DNA of 64,000 nt from a virus (IMGVR_UViG_3300019764_000005:8155-72154); one strand, 5' to 3'; numbered from the stretch's first letter, positions 9,869-20,012 are shown. Made by a program: numbers and translations. Notes: generated from the sequence alone by a model not told the origin.

Positions 9869-10147
9869 TTATTCGTAGTATCCTTTTACATCTTTAAGAT
9901 CTAAGAATACAAACTTTTTACCATCTTCAACGATCTCGGTACCAGCGCTACTAAGATGAAACACCTCGACCCCAGGTTTGATGTTTTTTGTAAGTCCTGG
10001 AACATCATTACCGACATGAACGACCAATCCCTTTCGCATTCCACCAGACTTCCCGTTGGAGTTTGGAATATGAATTCCACCGGATGTCATTTCCGGTTTT
10101 TCTATTGGAGTTATAATCACTCCGCGTCCTTCTGCTTTTATTGCCAT
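9869..10147 (-). CDS. groES: Co-chaperonin GroES
   Basis: TSGGIHIP mobile loop, G.VVHVG, GTEI..DGKKFV; adjacent to groEL. Confidence 0.85.
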   Translation of the reverse strand: MAIKAEGRGVIITPIEKPEMTSGGIHIPNSNGKSGGMRKGLVVHVGNDVPGLTKNIKPGVEVFHLSSAGTEIVEDGKKFVFLDLKDVKGYYE

Positions 10148-10149
10148 AA

Positions 10150-11796
10150 TTAATCCAAGCTATCTACGATTATACATTCTGTTGTAAGTAACATTCCTGC
10201 TGCAGATGCAGCATTCTCGATTGCAACTCGCGCAACCTTCACAGGATCAATAATGCCTGCAGCGTTCAAATCTTCAACCTCTTCAGTTAAAGCGTTCCAT
10301 CCGAAAGAATGATTTTTTTTCTTAACTTCAGATATAATATCAGATACAATCACTCTTTTATTAAAAAAAGATTCAAAGAATCCGATTTTATCACAAGACA
10401 CGCCAGCATTCATTGCAATCTGTGTAATTGGTTTTTCAATCGCTTTTCTGACGATATTAATACCCATTTGCTCATCTTTAGTGCCTCCGATGATATTATC
10501 AAGTAAGTGTTGAACATGAATGAATGCCGATCCACCACCTGTTATAATTCCTTCTTCAATAGCTGATCTAGTCGCCCATAAAGCATCATCAATACGATCA
10601 AGCTTTTCCTCAGCTTCAGTTTCCGACATGGCACCCACTGTAATTACTGCAGCTTTACCAAGGAGACAACCGATTCTTTTTTCTATCTTATTACGATCAT
10701 TCTTAGATAGCTCTGGATTAAGTTGAGAACGTAACTCCTTAGTTCTATCCCCTATGATATCCTCGTCACCATAGCCAGAAATGATTGTGGTTTTGTCTTT
10801 TTTCACAATCACCTTTTCAGCAGAACCAAGCATTTCAACCGTGACATCCTCGATGTTTATAGCTTTGCTGTCTGAAATTACAATCCCTCCAACAAGGGTT
10901 GCTATGTCTTCAAGTACATCTTTTTTAATTTCTCCTGAAAATGGAGCTTTAATGGCGGCACAGCGAATAGACTTTTTGAAATTATTGAAAGTCATGGTCG
11001 CTAAAGCCTCATCAACTATATCGTCGGCTATGATAATTAATGGTCGTGCTAATTGTGCAGCAATTGTCATAGCAGGTGTTATCTGACTTAATTGAGATAG
11101 AGTGATGTCACAAATCAAAATGATAGGATTCTCAAGAACAGACTGCATTTTACTCATGTCAGTAAGAAAATACTTGTTGCATGCTCCTGATTGAATGTCA
11201 AATCCATCTACAATTTCAACCTTAGTTTCTTCGCCAATCACCCCTTTTGCGTTAACTATCCCCTCTCTTCCGACAGCTTTAATAGCTTCTGAGATAACAT
11301 CACCAATTTCAGGATCATTATTTGCAGATACATTGGCAATAAAGTCAAGGTCTGATAAATCTTCTTTTATTGGTCGAGCTATTTCTTTTAACCCAGATAC
11401 GATAACCCTTGTGGCTTCATCGATACCTCTTTTCAGTAAAATCGGATTAATCCCTGAGTCTACAACCTTAAAACCTAAATTCAGAATAGCTGCTGCTAAA
11501 ATAGTTGCGGTAGATGTTCCGTCACCCGCAGCATTTCTAGTCTTTGAAGCTGCTTCCTTTATAGCCTGTGCGCCTAAATCCTTATAAAGGTTTTTGAAGA
11601 AAATGCTCTCAGCTACACTTACACCATCCTTAGTGATTTGATGTTGTCTGAGATGGTTGTGAATGGCTACGTTTCTACCCTTTGCTCCAAGTGTCACAGC
11701 TACAGCCTGGGCAACTTCATTTGCACCGTCAAGAATCAAAGCTTTAGCATTTTTGCCAAATTTCAACTCCTTGTTCATTTTATTGTCCTCGTTCAT
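10150..11796 (-). CDS. groEL: Chaperonin GroEL
   Basis: TLGAKGRN, ITKDGVSVA, AGDGTSTAT, EEGIITGGG, GIIDPVKV; 548 aa; no GGM tail. Confidence 0.97.
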   Translation of the reverse strand: MNEDNKMNKELKFGKNAKALILDGANEVAQAVAVTLGAKGRNVAIHNHLRQHQITKDGVSVAESIFFKNLYKDLGAQAIKEAASKTRNAAGDGTSTATILAAAILNLGFKVVDSGINPILLKRGIDEATRVIVSGLKEIARPIKEDLSDLDFIANVSANNDPEIGDVISEAIKAVGREGIVNAKGVIGEETKVEIVDGFDIQSGACNKYFLTDMSKMQSVLENPIILICDITLSQLSQITPAMTIAAQLARPLIIIADDIVDEALATMTFNNFKKSIRCAAIKAPFSGEIKKDVLEDIATLVGGIVISDSKAINIEDVTVEMLGSAEKVIVKKDKTTIISGYGDEDIIGDRTKELRSQLNPELSKNDRNKIEKRIGCLLGKAAVITVGAMSETEAEEKLDRIDDALWATRSAIEEGIITGGGSAFIHVQHLLDNIIGGTKDEQMGINIVRKAIEKPITQIAMNAGVSCDKIGFFESFFNKRVIVSDIISEVKKKNHSFGWNALTEEVEDLNAAGIIDPVKVARVAIENAASAAGMLLTTECIIVDSLD

Positions 11797-11840
11797 AATT
11801 CAATTTAATTTGGTAAAAGTTATTCTTATTTAGTATAAAT

Positions 11841-11848
11841 CAAAATTA
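11841..11848 (-). promoter_or_regulatory. -7 promoter box (TAATTTTG) for the groEL-terL-portal operon
   Basis: TAnnTTTG about 45 nt upstream of groEL. Confidence 0.55.
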
Positions 11849-11876
11849 ACTATTTTTAATGGATATATGAAATACA

Positions 11877-11914
11877 ATTTATATTCATTCTAAAAATAGG
11901 TGTTGTTATCTTTG
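11877..11914 (+). promoter_or_regulatory. Composite promoter: ATTTATATTCATTCTAAAA-N11-TATCTTTG
   Basis: Same motif and spacing recur at several promoters; it points into element E2. Confidence 0.65.
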
Positions 11915-11981
11915 TGTAAATGTTATTTTATAACGGATAGTAATATGACCTGTGCGACAATTACGCACGAACCTACAATAA

Positions 11982-12782
11982 ATGAACGAATGTAAAATTT
12001 TTAAAAGCGAAGCGATGGCAAAAAAAATATTATGGTTTAGTTGTGGAGTAACTTCTGCGGTAGCCTGTAAATTAGCCTTAGAAAAATACGGCAAAGAAAA
12101 CTGTTTACTTGCCTATATAAAAATTGATAGTGCACACCCAGACAATAAAAGATTTATTGCAGATTGTGAAAAGTGGTACGATGCACCAATTGAAATATTT
12201 AGAAGTGAAAAATACACCGACCAATACGATGTAATAAAGAAAACAAAGTACGTTAATGGCGTTGGCGGTGCAAGGTGTACTCTTGAATTAAAAAAGAAAG
12301 TGCGTTACGATATTGAAGAAAAATACGACTTTGACGGACAAATATTTGGTTTTGAGTTTACAAAGAAAGAAATAAACCGAGCGATAAGATTTGAAGAACA
12401 ATACCCACACACAAAACCTATTTACCCACTAATTGAAAGCAAACTAAGTAAAGCTGAATGTTTAGGTATATTAACAAAAGCAGGGATTAAACAGCCAGCA
12501 ATGTATGAATTAGGCTACCATAACAATAATTGCATTGGTTGTGTAAAAGGTGGTATGGGGTATTGGAATAAAATACGTGTAGATTTTCCAGAGCATTTTG
12601 AAAGAATGGTTGAAATGGAAGCGCATGCAAATAGAAGCTGTGTAAAAGGTGTATTTCTAAAAGATTTAGACCCAGAAAGAGGCAGACACGAACCGCCAAT
12701 ACTGCCCGATTGCGGTACATTTTGTGAGATTGAATTTGAACATATAATAGATAATAAAGTAGAACAAATTTTAAAAGGTTAA
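11982..12782 (+). CDS. PAPS reductase-like (adenine nucleotide alpha hydrolase fold) protein
   Basis: WFSCGVTSAVA PP-loop, CTLELKK, YELGYHNNNCIGCVKGG; true start may be MAKK. Confidence 0.8.
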   Translation: MNECKIFKSEAMAKKILWFSCGVTSAVACKLALEKYGKENCLLAYIKIDSAHPDNKRFIADCEKWYDAPIEIFRSEKYTDQYDVIKKTKYVNGVGGARCTLELKKKVRYDIEEKYDFDGQIFGFEFTKKEINRAIRFEEQYPHTKPIYPLIESKLSKAECLGILTKAGIKQPAMYELGYHNNNCIGCVKGGMGYWNKIRVDFPEHFERMVEMEAHANRSCVKGVFLKDLDPERGRHEPPILPDCGTFCEIEFEHIIDNKVEQILKG

Positions 12783-12784
12783 AA

Positions 12785-13163
12785 ATGAAAAAACAAACAG
12801 TTTATTTAGCAGGAGGTTTTAATTCTGATTGGAGAGAAAAAGTAAAAGAATGCACCAACGTTGAATTTAAAGACCCGAAAGAAAAAGAACTTAAAAAAGA
12901 GTTTGAATGGCATGAGTATGCTTGTTGGGATTTACACTACATAAAGCATACAGATATTTGCTTGGGTTTACATGGAAAGAACAAACCCAAGCGGATATGG
13001 GTTGAGTGCTGAAATTGGATATGCAAAAGCTTTAGGTAAAACTGTTGTTTTGGTTTTAGAAACTGGGCATGAAAAAGACAGATACTTGAAGTTTTTGAAA
13101 GGGTGTGCCGATGTGGTATATGATAATTTAGAAGATGGAATTGCGTTTTTATCTTCTTTTTAA
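12785..13163 (+). pseudogene. Nucleoside 2-deoxyribosyltransferase-like gene split by a +1 frameshift
   Basis: VYLAGG...D...DI in the first ORF and SGYGLSAEIGYAKALGK in the second; removing one G at 12964-12966 restores ...DICLVYMERTNPSG... Confidence 0.7.
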
Positions 13164-13420
13164 CTCTAATAGCTTTGAAAAAGCTAAAGTGCGGTGGGGC
13201 TTTTAAAAATTTGGCAATTACACACTACCGCTGATTAAATGAACCGAACTAAGCATGGGTTATATTACGTGTTAGGCACTGTGCCTTATTTGATTAGAAG
13301 TACAGACCTACACTAACCCACTTAGTTTTAAACTTGAAAGGCATTGTGCCTAACACTAAGATAAAGCACGTTTTTTCATGTGCTTTCATCGACTGTTATC
13401 GTCCGTTTTAATGGACGAAA

Positions 13421-13449
13421 AAAAAGAGGAGCATTAAACTCCTCTTTTT
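13421..13449. terminator. Bidirectional intrinsic terminator
   Basis: AAAAAGAGGAG-cattaaa-CTCCTCTTTTT between convergent units. Confidence 0.75.
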
Positions 13450-13457
13450 CTATTCGG

Positions 13458-13598
13458 TTATTTATTACCTGCTTTCTTTAACATTGGCAACCCTTTTCTA
13501 CATTTGGACTTTTTACCTATCCCTGCCGATGGACCATGCGTAGAGCTTTTCTTTTTAGTGGCTGTTTTCTTTCCACCATAACCCGCGATTCCTTTCAT
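13458..13598 (-). CDS. Small basic protein (46 aa)
   Basis: Hand translation MKGIAGYGGKKTATKKKSSTHG...; follows the holin in the same orientation. Confidence 0.5.
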   Translation of the reverse strand: MKGIAGYGGKKTATKKKSSTHGPSAGIGKKSKCRKGLPMLKKAGNK

Positions 13599-13625
13599 GT
13601 TATTGATTTTAGATTAATGATTAAT

Positions 13626-14114
13626 TTATTTACCTGACAAAACATTTGTTTTATCTTTACTCCCCTGAGAAGATCCGAAATAAAACGTTATGGATGCAAT
13701 CCATGCTGTCATTAATGAACCCATAACCATATACACGGTCGCCTTGTTCGCTTCAGGTATCGACACATAGAATAAAGCAACTATGGCTAATGCTACCATT
13801 AAGGTAAGAACTATAGCCAGCATTGGAACAATATTTTTAGACAGCCATGATGCATTTTTGGATTTCTGAATTTCCACGTTCATATTCCTTGAATCTTTTC
13901 TGTCAGCTACGTCAAGTTTTAACATTTCGAATAGAGCTCTTTTTTGCTCTCCCTTTATGTCAGACGATGATTTTATTCCATCAGCAATAGCATTTAGCCA
14001 TGGCTGTCCTGTGAGCTTTCCTGCGGCAGCCAAAATAGGTTTCCCGACATCACCCATACCTCTTAGAATGTCACCAATCCTTGTGGTGCCTTTTTCATCT
14101 TTATATTTACCCAT
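13626..14114 (-). CDS. Holin-like membrane protein
   Basis: DRKDSR motif followed by two TM helices and FYFGSS. Confidence 0.65.
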   Translation of the reverse strand: MGKYKDEKGTTRIGDILRGMGDVGKPILAAAGKLTGQPWLNAIADGIKSSSDIKGEQKRALFEMLKLDVADRKDSRNMNVEIQKSKNASWLSKNIVPMLAIVLTLMVALAIVALFYVSIPEANKATVYMVMGSLMTAWIASITFYFGSSQGSKDKTNVLSGK

Positions 14115-14160
14115 AATGTAATTTTAATGATTCTGAAAGATACAATTTTTAAATATAGAA

Positions 14161-15450
14161 TCAATTTACTTTAACAAGTTCTACTTGAATATAATTATCA
14201 TGTCCTCCTAGCATATCTGCATATGGAGCTCCATTTTCCCATTTCCCGTAGAAATAATCTCCAGCAGTATAATTTGATAAAGATAATTTTGCGGTAGTTA
14301 GATTTAAAAGATTATACACAGATTCCCCAGCTTTCATCTTTGAGTGACCATCTCTCATGTATAAAGTGTCTGAACCATTATTATAATACATACTTAACTG
14401 AGTCATCTTTGTATCTGTACCATTCCAACCAGCACAAACTGACATTGTGATAGTCATATAGTCATAATTATCGATCCATGTCTGTGGGATAGTTAAGATT
14501 CCAGTTAATGCATTATAAGCTCCATCTGGATCTATTTCATTATCATCCCATACTACAGTTGTGTCGCTTGAAATACCTGTTACAGTTGTCAGTTGGTATG
14601 CTTGTACTGCTAATTTGATAGATGAACCACCACCACTAACATCAGCCTTAATAGTTTTTACACCTGCTGTATCTACGACTGTAAACGTAACATTACCATC
14701 ATTAACTAATTTATCAGCCAAATGACCAGCCTCTGTATCATCAGCATCAACCCTTACATACTCATCGGTATTATAGGCTGGTGCATTCCTTGTATCTGTA
14801 ATATCCTTCTTCCCTATATCTTTAGGAATAGCACTATTGTCTACCTTGACTTCAATTAAAGCAATTGGTACTGAATCAACAGGAGTAATTGGAAGGTCAG
14901 GAACTTCTTTCTTGTCTGCTGCTGGTCCTTGTACTGATTTTACAACCTGATCAGTGCCCACGTATAGTGTCACAAATCGATGCTGGTAGCTTGTAAGTCC
15001 AGTATAATGATCTACTGCCCCAAAGCCATTTTCAAGGTCGTAAACCCCACCTGATGTAATAGTTTTTGTCATACCATTTATTAGGTATGTTCCAGACGTA
15101 TAATCTACAGTTTGATTTTTTGGGTCATGCTCAGTTACTTCAAGTCCAGTGGACCATCCATCACCAGCTCCATTGCCAGACATATTATCAAGCTTCAATT
15201 TATCTTCAGCTATCATTGCACCATCTGTAGTTTGAGTAACAACATCTACGGACAATTCCTGGTTCGATAAATTAAGTGTTTCCTGAGTAGTATCATTAGA
15301 AGCTAACGTAACATCTCCTGTGTTTATTCCGGACTGATTACCTAATTTCTCTCTCTCTGGTGCTGTAATTATTGCACCAGAGCCTACATCCGTAATGGAT
15401 GCAAGCTTTGATTTCTCCTCGTCGAGGAATGCATTTAATATTTTAGTCAT
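14161..15450 (-). CDS. Virion/tail-fibre-associated protein
   Basis: 429 aa, G/T/D-rich with EREKL/DKLKLD fibre repeats, in the late operon. Confidence 0.55.
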   Translation of the reverse strand: MTKILNAFLDEEKSKLASITDVGSGAIITAPEREKLGNQSGINTGDVTLASNDTTQETLNLSNQELSVDVVTQTTDGAMIAEDKLKLDNMSGNGAGDGWSTGLEVTEHDPKNQTVDYTSGTYLINGMTKTITSGGVYDLENGFGAVDHYTGLTSYQHRFVTLYVGTDQVVKSVQGPAADKKEVPDLPITPVDSVPIALIEVKVDNSAIPKDIGKKDITDTRNAPAYNTDEYVRVDADDTEAGHLADKLVNDGNVTFTVVDTAGVKTIKADVSGGGSSIKLAVQAYQLTTVTGISSDTTVVWDDNEIDPDGAYNALTGILTIPQTWIDNYDYMTITMSVCAGWNGTDTKMTQLSMYYNNGSDTLYMRDGHSKMKAGESVYNLLNLTTAKLSLSNYTAGDYFYGKWENGAPYADMLGGHDNYIQVELVKVN

Positions 15451-15461
15451 AATTTCAAGTT

Positions 15462-18400
15462 TTAAATTACACCCATAAATTTAATTTCAACTCTAGGAGA
15501 TTTCATGGCTAGCGAATCTCCAACGCCAAACCCAGCAGTCTTAACTATCGTAAAGCTTTCACCAGCATTGTAATATCCAGACCACTTCATATTTAAAGGT
15601 ATAGGGTTAGCAATACCTATTTCATACCCCTGAACTGTTTTAATTACTTCATTGCTTGAATTCAGTTGAACTATAGCATATGCTGCATCGGGACTATCAC
15701 CATTAAGAATTGTCGCCTCAACGGAAAACTCATAATAACCAGTCTTGTCAAGAATATATTGATGTGAATTTCCTGTTTCTGTAATAGAAATTACTTTCTG
15801 ACTATTTACAACATTTCCTACCTCTATTAATTCACCACCATCAGAAGTATTCAACCACTCGACTAGTCCACTTTGATTAAGTATTGTATTCGTGTAAACT
15901 GTGCCAGGCACAACAGAAGCATTTGCACTTTTAGTAGTACCTAATGGTCCTTGATTTACAACTACCAAAGCCCATGGAATATTGTTTGCACTAGCTCTCA
16001 TTATATGGCCCTGAGATCCACCATAATTCAAGAATCCAGACTTATTTATTGAAAATGCATCATTTGCATCAAACATCTTGTTCGCTACAGATATTGACTT
16101 AGAAACCCTTGCAGGGGGTGTCGTAGTTGTATCTACCCGTATTAAGTTCGCAGGTAACTGATTGTCGTTAACAGCTCTATTACCTATAGCAACTGAAGCT
16201 GTAGCTGTGTTACCGGAAGTATTGTCAATCCTAATCTCGACATGATATTGTCCAATGAAGGACGATGACTGCTCTGCAACAACTCGAATACCAGATACAT
16301 TTATAAAATTACCCTCAGTATGTGAACTCAACACATTAATAGATGGCAGCTCTGTATCGTCACGAGCGATCATAGACACGCTAAACATCATTGTTTCACG
16401 ACCTCTATTTATTGTAGACTCTGTATCCATGTCTACTGTATAAATAGCATTGATAATACCTAACTGGTCATTTTCACCACCTTCTCCAAGTGGTGTAGAT
16501 GTTACTCTGTACCAGAACTCACCAGCGAAAATAGAAGCTGTCTCGGTAAAAGACTCTATAATAGGCTTATTATCTAAGTCGTTGTAGTCACCTGTTCTAG
16601 CAACTTCTGCAAGAGAGTCAAGATCAGACCGAAGGTCAGATACAAAGTCATATAGAGTGTCAGTAACACGCCATTCCGTACCATCAAAAGATGCCTCAAT
16701 AACTGAGTTGTCTTGCAATGCAGAGATATTAACACCACCGCCAAGATTTTCAGTTTTTACAGTGTTAATCTCAACATCAGACAGCCACTTGTTCCAAATC
16801 CTGACATCATATAAGCACCCATCAATTAGCCTCTCAGTTGCCGAAAAAGAAGTACCAATCGTAACGTCTGCACCAGGTTGAGTATTCATGCTCGGAAACG
16901 TATCTTGCGAACTCGCCCCAACAATAACACCGTCTATTAATAATTGAAAAGTACTTGTACTCGGACCATTTTGTCTAATTGTAATATGATGAGGGTTTCC
17001 ATCCCATAATACTGCTACATCTGGTTTGGTATAATTCCATTTTTTGTTTGCTGCATATATGCCCGCTACAAAACTATTTACCTGAAATCCAACCGTCCAC
17101 CACTGCCCCTCTGCTGCAACTCCCCAACTAATAAGGTCTTGAATGCTTGTTGGCTCTGTCAATTGGTTAGCACAATACCAACAAGTAAATGTTCTTTGGG
17201 TTGTACCCAAAATACCCTTGTATCCTGTAGATTGAAACCATTGTGTTCCTTCTGTGTCGTACATATTAACGCTACGACCATTGATAATCTTTGGTGTAAA
17301 CTGCCCTCCAGTTCCCTGTTGCGCCAAGTCTCTGTCATTTCCAGAAGTATCTTCAAAATCAGAACTTAATACCCATTGCCCCTGCAAGAAAGTTGGTTGA
17401 ACCTGAACAGGATTCCCAATAGGTGCCCCCGGGTCATTTGATACCAAGTCTATCGCATTTGTGTTGTCCTTTACAAAGAATATATGCCTTTGACCCTCTG
17501 TGGGGTTATCAGGAAGAACAAGCTCGATAGCCTGTGTGCTGGCATCAGCCATAATCAACCTGTCTTTCTGCTCCATGTTGTAATCGATATTTTCGATTAT
17601 CTTGTAATCTTTAGGAGAATTAACAACAAGTTCACCTTCTTCTTCGGGGAAATCATAAATATTTGTAGTTCCTGCTGGAACATTACCTGCATCGAATCGT
17701 GCAATCTTACTATTATCAACTCCATTCAATAACTTAAAGTCAACATCAAAGAAGTTAGTTGTTGGAGCAGGAGTTCCACCGCCACTGAAAGTTCCAGGAA
17801 GATTCTTTATTGTAATCTCATCAGTATCACCAGAATCAGTAGCACCGTTTTTAATAACAATTCGTCCAACTTCAACAGCATCAAACAAAACAGGAGGTAG
17901 AAAAAATCTGACATCATCAGCGTTCAGTAATGCCGTATCATAATTGTCAAATACTTGCTGTCCTGGCAAAACAACAAAGTCGTTACCTTCCACTAGAACA
18001 AGTTGTACTGTCGCCTGTATCCCGGTCAGATTTGTAAGAGTTCCTCCATCATCCCACTGAGTAGTATTTAGTGTTGTGTCAACCCCAATCGGAGGTACAT
18101 CTGTTTGTGTCTGTAAAACATAGGTCCATGCCATTGGACTTGCTTCAGGAACATTCCTAATGTGAGGATTGATTTTATCATTTTCCCAGTTTTGACCATT
18201 CCCAATAACATCGAATGCAGTATGAGCCAAGGTTAGATTGTTATCCCCAGTTGATTCAATAATAAGATCATCAATTCGTATTCGATCTGTATCCAATATC
18301 CCTTGAAGTGTTTTATCTGAATAAGTCACGAATGGATCAGCTCTTAACGACTCAGGAACTAACTCCCCATTCTGAGCTATAAACTCGAGCAAATGAATCG

Positions 18401-19913
18401 TGGTTATATTATCACTCGTAGTCTTAGTTGTCCCAATGGCAATCGCCCCACTGTCCGTAACACTGCCGTAATATTTCCGAGCAACAGCATCCACAGGAAC
18501 ATTAAGAACCTGATCAGGAACCTGTATTGAGACACCGTCCAAATTGTCCGTATCTGGATCACCATTAATGAACACTTCAAACGAACCACCAACTGCACTG
18601 ACTGCTATTTCAGTATTACCGGTCTGTGACGCTACAGTAAAATTACCCTTAACACCAGAGCGTATTAGTTGTCTCTGAGTTAAATTCTCTTCCGTTAATA
18701 CATCTAATCTATTTATAGGTATAGATACAGCCTCTAAGTAAGGAAAGAAATTATTGTTAGTAGTATCTCCAAACAGCACAGGTCCGTTAAATCCATTACC
18801 ACCTAATAGGCTTATATCCTGAGATTCTATATAAACTCTAAAACCAGCATCATAAATGTTAGGATTGTTTAATTTTAATTGCCATACTCCACCACCTAAA
18901 TCTGACAGGTTAGGATCTGTTAATTCTACCGTCTCTTCGTATGATGGAGGAGTTGTTAAACTATTTATCCTAATAGTGAATTTAAAAGCCTGTGATATAA
19001 TTCCTCCTTCTGGCTTAAATTGTATAGCCATAAATTGTACATCAGCCTGAACAATCTGGCTGAAATTATTATTTCTAATACCACTTACAACTGAATCATC
19101 TGTATCTTGAACAGGAAATTGAGCTGAAGTCTGGGAAGGATCGAATACGGTTGCTTTCTTGTAGCTCGTATCATCAAACAATTGAATTCCGAACGCACCT
19201 TTATTTCCAGTTGATAAACTTTCAGTTACAACCGCCCTACCACCTGACGATATTTTTGAATCACCTACCTGTGCAGAACCTGGTGGGAATATAAAACTAG
19301 CTGAAGACTTTATATCGCCATTAGGCTCTAATGATAACTTATTCAAGATAGCTAAAGCTTCATCAACAAGAGCATTTGTCTCAGGATTAGACTCATAAAG
19401 AACCTTTATCTGAGCTGCCGTTAATGATGATCCTCCAATTGCAACCCAAAAATCAGCAGGAGTAGCAGGATATGACGGGGGGCTGGATTCGCCTACCCAT
19501 CTTTCGATTATACGATTCCCAGAGCCATCATCTTCTAATAGTATCTCAAGTCCAGTAATTAGCTCGTCTAATCTATCAGGATCGAAATACGCATCCCTTG
19601 CTGCTGCATCAGCGAAAATAAGGTTGTCCGGGATGATACTGACAGAGCCTCCGCTAAAATTTACAATTTCATTTATAGACTGAACAAGTTCAGTTACGGT
19701 TCCACCACTGGTCCCATCAACCAAAATACTTCCATCAGCACTTCGAGTAATAAAATTCTTGTAATACGTCCTGTTGGTTATACTTGGGTTCTTCTCAACA
19801 TCACTAACTATGGAAATATAATCTCCATCTGCAAAAGCTCTAAATGATTTTGATTTCGGATCGGCTTCTAGGAAGAATGTCCTAGCATCGCCTTTTTTAA
19901 TGTTTATTGCCAT
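15462..19913 (-). CDS. Large structural/adhesion protein with LamG (concanavalin-like) domain
   Basis: 1483 aa; DTSGN..., TFTCWY, DGNPHHI, IDG, YDVRIWNKWLSDVEI LamG-like signature. Confidence 0.65.
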   Translation of the reverse strand: MAINIKKGDARTFFLEADPKSKSFRAFADGDYISIVSDVEKNPSITNRTYYKNFITRSADGSILVDGTSGGTVTELVQSINEIVNFSGGSVSIIPDNLIFADAAARDAYFDPDRLDELITGLEILLEDDGSGNRIIERWVGESSPPSYPATPADFWVAIGGSSLTAAQIKVLYESNPETNALVDEALAILNKLSLEPNGDIKSSASFIFPPGSAQVGDSKISSGGRAVVTESLSTGNKGAFGIQLFDDTSYKKATVFDPSQTSAQFPVQDTDDSVVSGIRNNNFSQIVQADVQFMAIQFKPEGGIISQAFKFTIRINSLTTPPSYEETVELTDPNLSDLGGGVWQLKLNNPNIYDAGFRVYIESQDISLLGGNGFNGPVLFGDTTNNNFFPYLEAVSIPINRLDVLTEENLTQRQLIRSGVKGNFTVASQTGNTEIAVSAVGGSFEVFINGDPDTDNLDGVSIQVPDQVLNVPVDAVARKYYGSVTDSGAIAIGTTKTTSDNITTIHLLEFIAQNGELVPESLRADPFVTYSDKTLQGILDTDRIRIDDLIIESTGDNNLTLAHTAFDVIGNGQNWENDKINPHIRNVPEASPMAWTYVLQTQTDVPPIGVDTTLNTTQWDDGGTLTNLTGIQATVQLVLVEGNDFVVLPGQQVFDNYDTALLNADDVRFFLPPVLFDAVEVGRIVIKNGATDSGDTDEITIKNLPGTFSGGGTPAPTTNFFDVDFKLLNGVDNSKIARFDAGNVPAGTTNIYDFPEEEGELVVNSPKDYKIIENIDYNMEQKDRLIMADASTQAIELVLPDNPTEGQRHIFFVKDNTNAIDLVSNDPGAPIGNPVQVQPTFLQGQWVLSSDFEDTSGNDRDLAQQGTGGQFTPKIINGRSVNMYDTEGTQWFQSTGYKGILGTTQRTFTCWYCANQLTEPTSIQDLISWGVAAEGQWWTVGFQVNSFVAGIYAANKKWNYTKPDVAVLWDGNPHHITIRQNGPSTSTFQLLIDGVIVGASSQDTFPSMNTQPGADVTIGTSFSATERLIDGCLYDVRIWNKWLSDVEINTVKTENLGGGVNISALQDNSVIEASFDGTEWRVTDTLYDFVSDLRSDLDSLAEVARTGDYNDLDNKPIIESFTETASIFAGEFWYRVTSTPLGEGGENDQLGIINAIYTVDMDTESTINRGRETMMFSVSMIARDDTELPSINVLSSHTEGNFINVSGIRVVAEQSSSFIGQYHVEIRIDNTSGNTATASVAIGNRAVNDNQLPANLIRVDTTTTPPARVSKSISVANKMFDANDAFSINKSGFLNYGGSQGHIMRASANNIPWALVVVNQGPLGTTKSANASVVPGTVYTNTILNQSGLVEWLNTSDGGELIEVGNVVNSQKVISITETGNSHQYILDKTGYYEFSVEATILNGDSPDAAYAIVQLNSSNEVIKTVQGYEIGIANPIPLNMKWSGYYNAGESFTIVKTAGFGVGDSLAMKSPRVEIKFMGVI

Positions 19914-20012
19914 GATAAGAAATTAAATGTGCGTTTAATGCAGAACAGGATTCTCCTGCTCTTTAATTTCCTTGTTCACAATTAAGACGTAGTGTTCAAG
20001 TACGCCTCAGTA

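Larger units (their letters stand above)
11931..13420 (+). mobile_element. Hairpin-cassette element E2 (A module 11931-13274 with two cargo genes, B module 13271-13354, type I end 13351-13420)
   Basis: A arms TAACGGATAGTAATATGACCTGTGC / GCATGGGTTATATTACGTGTTA; B arms GTTAGGCACTGTGCCTT / AAGGCATTGTGCCTAAC; inner perfect 14-bp IR at 11995-12008 and 13199-13212. Confidence 0.7.

Noticed and set aside
12964-12970. Programmed -1 frameshift at G-GGT-TTA
   Set aside because: The heptamer fits the slippery pattern, but the downstream half is in the +1 frame, so a -1 shift would not fuse the ORFs.
9845-19979. 11-nt inverted match GTGAACAAGGA between two intergenic regions
   Set aside because: Too short to distinguish from chance, with no shared flanking structure.
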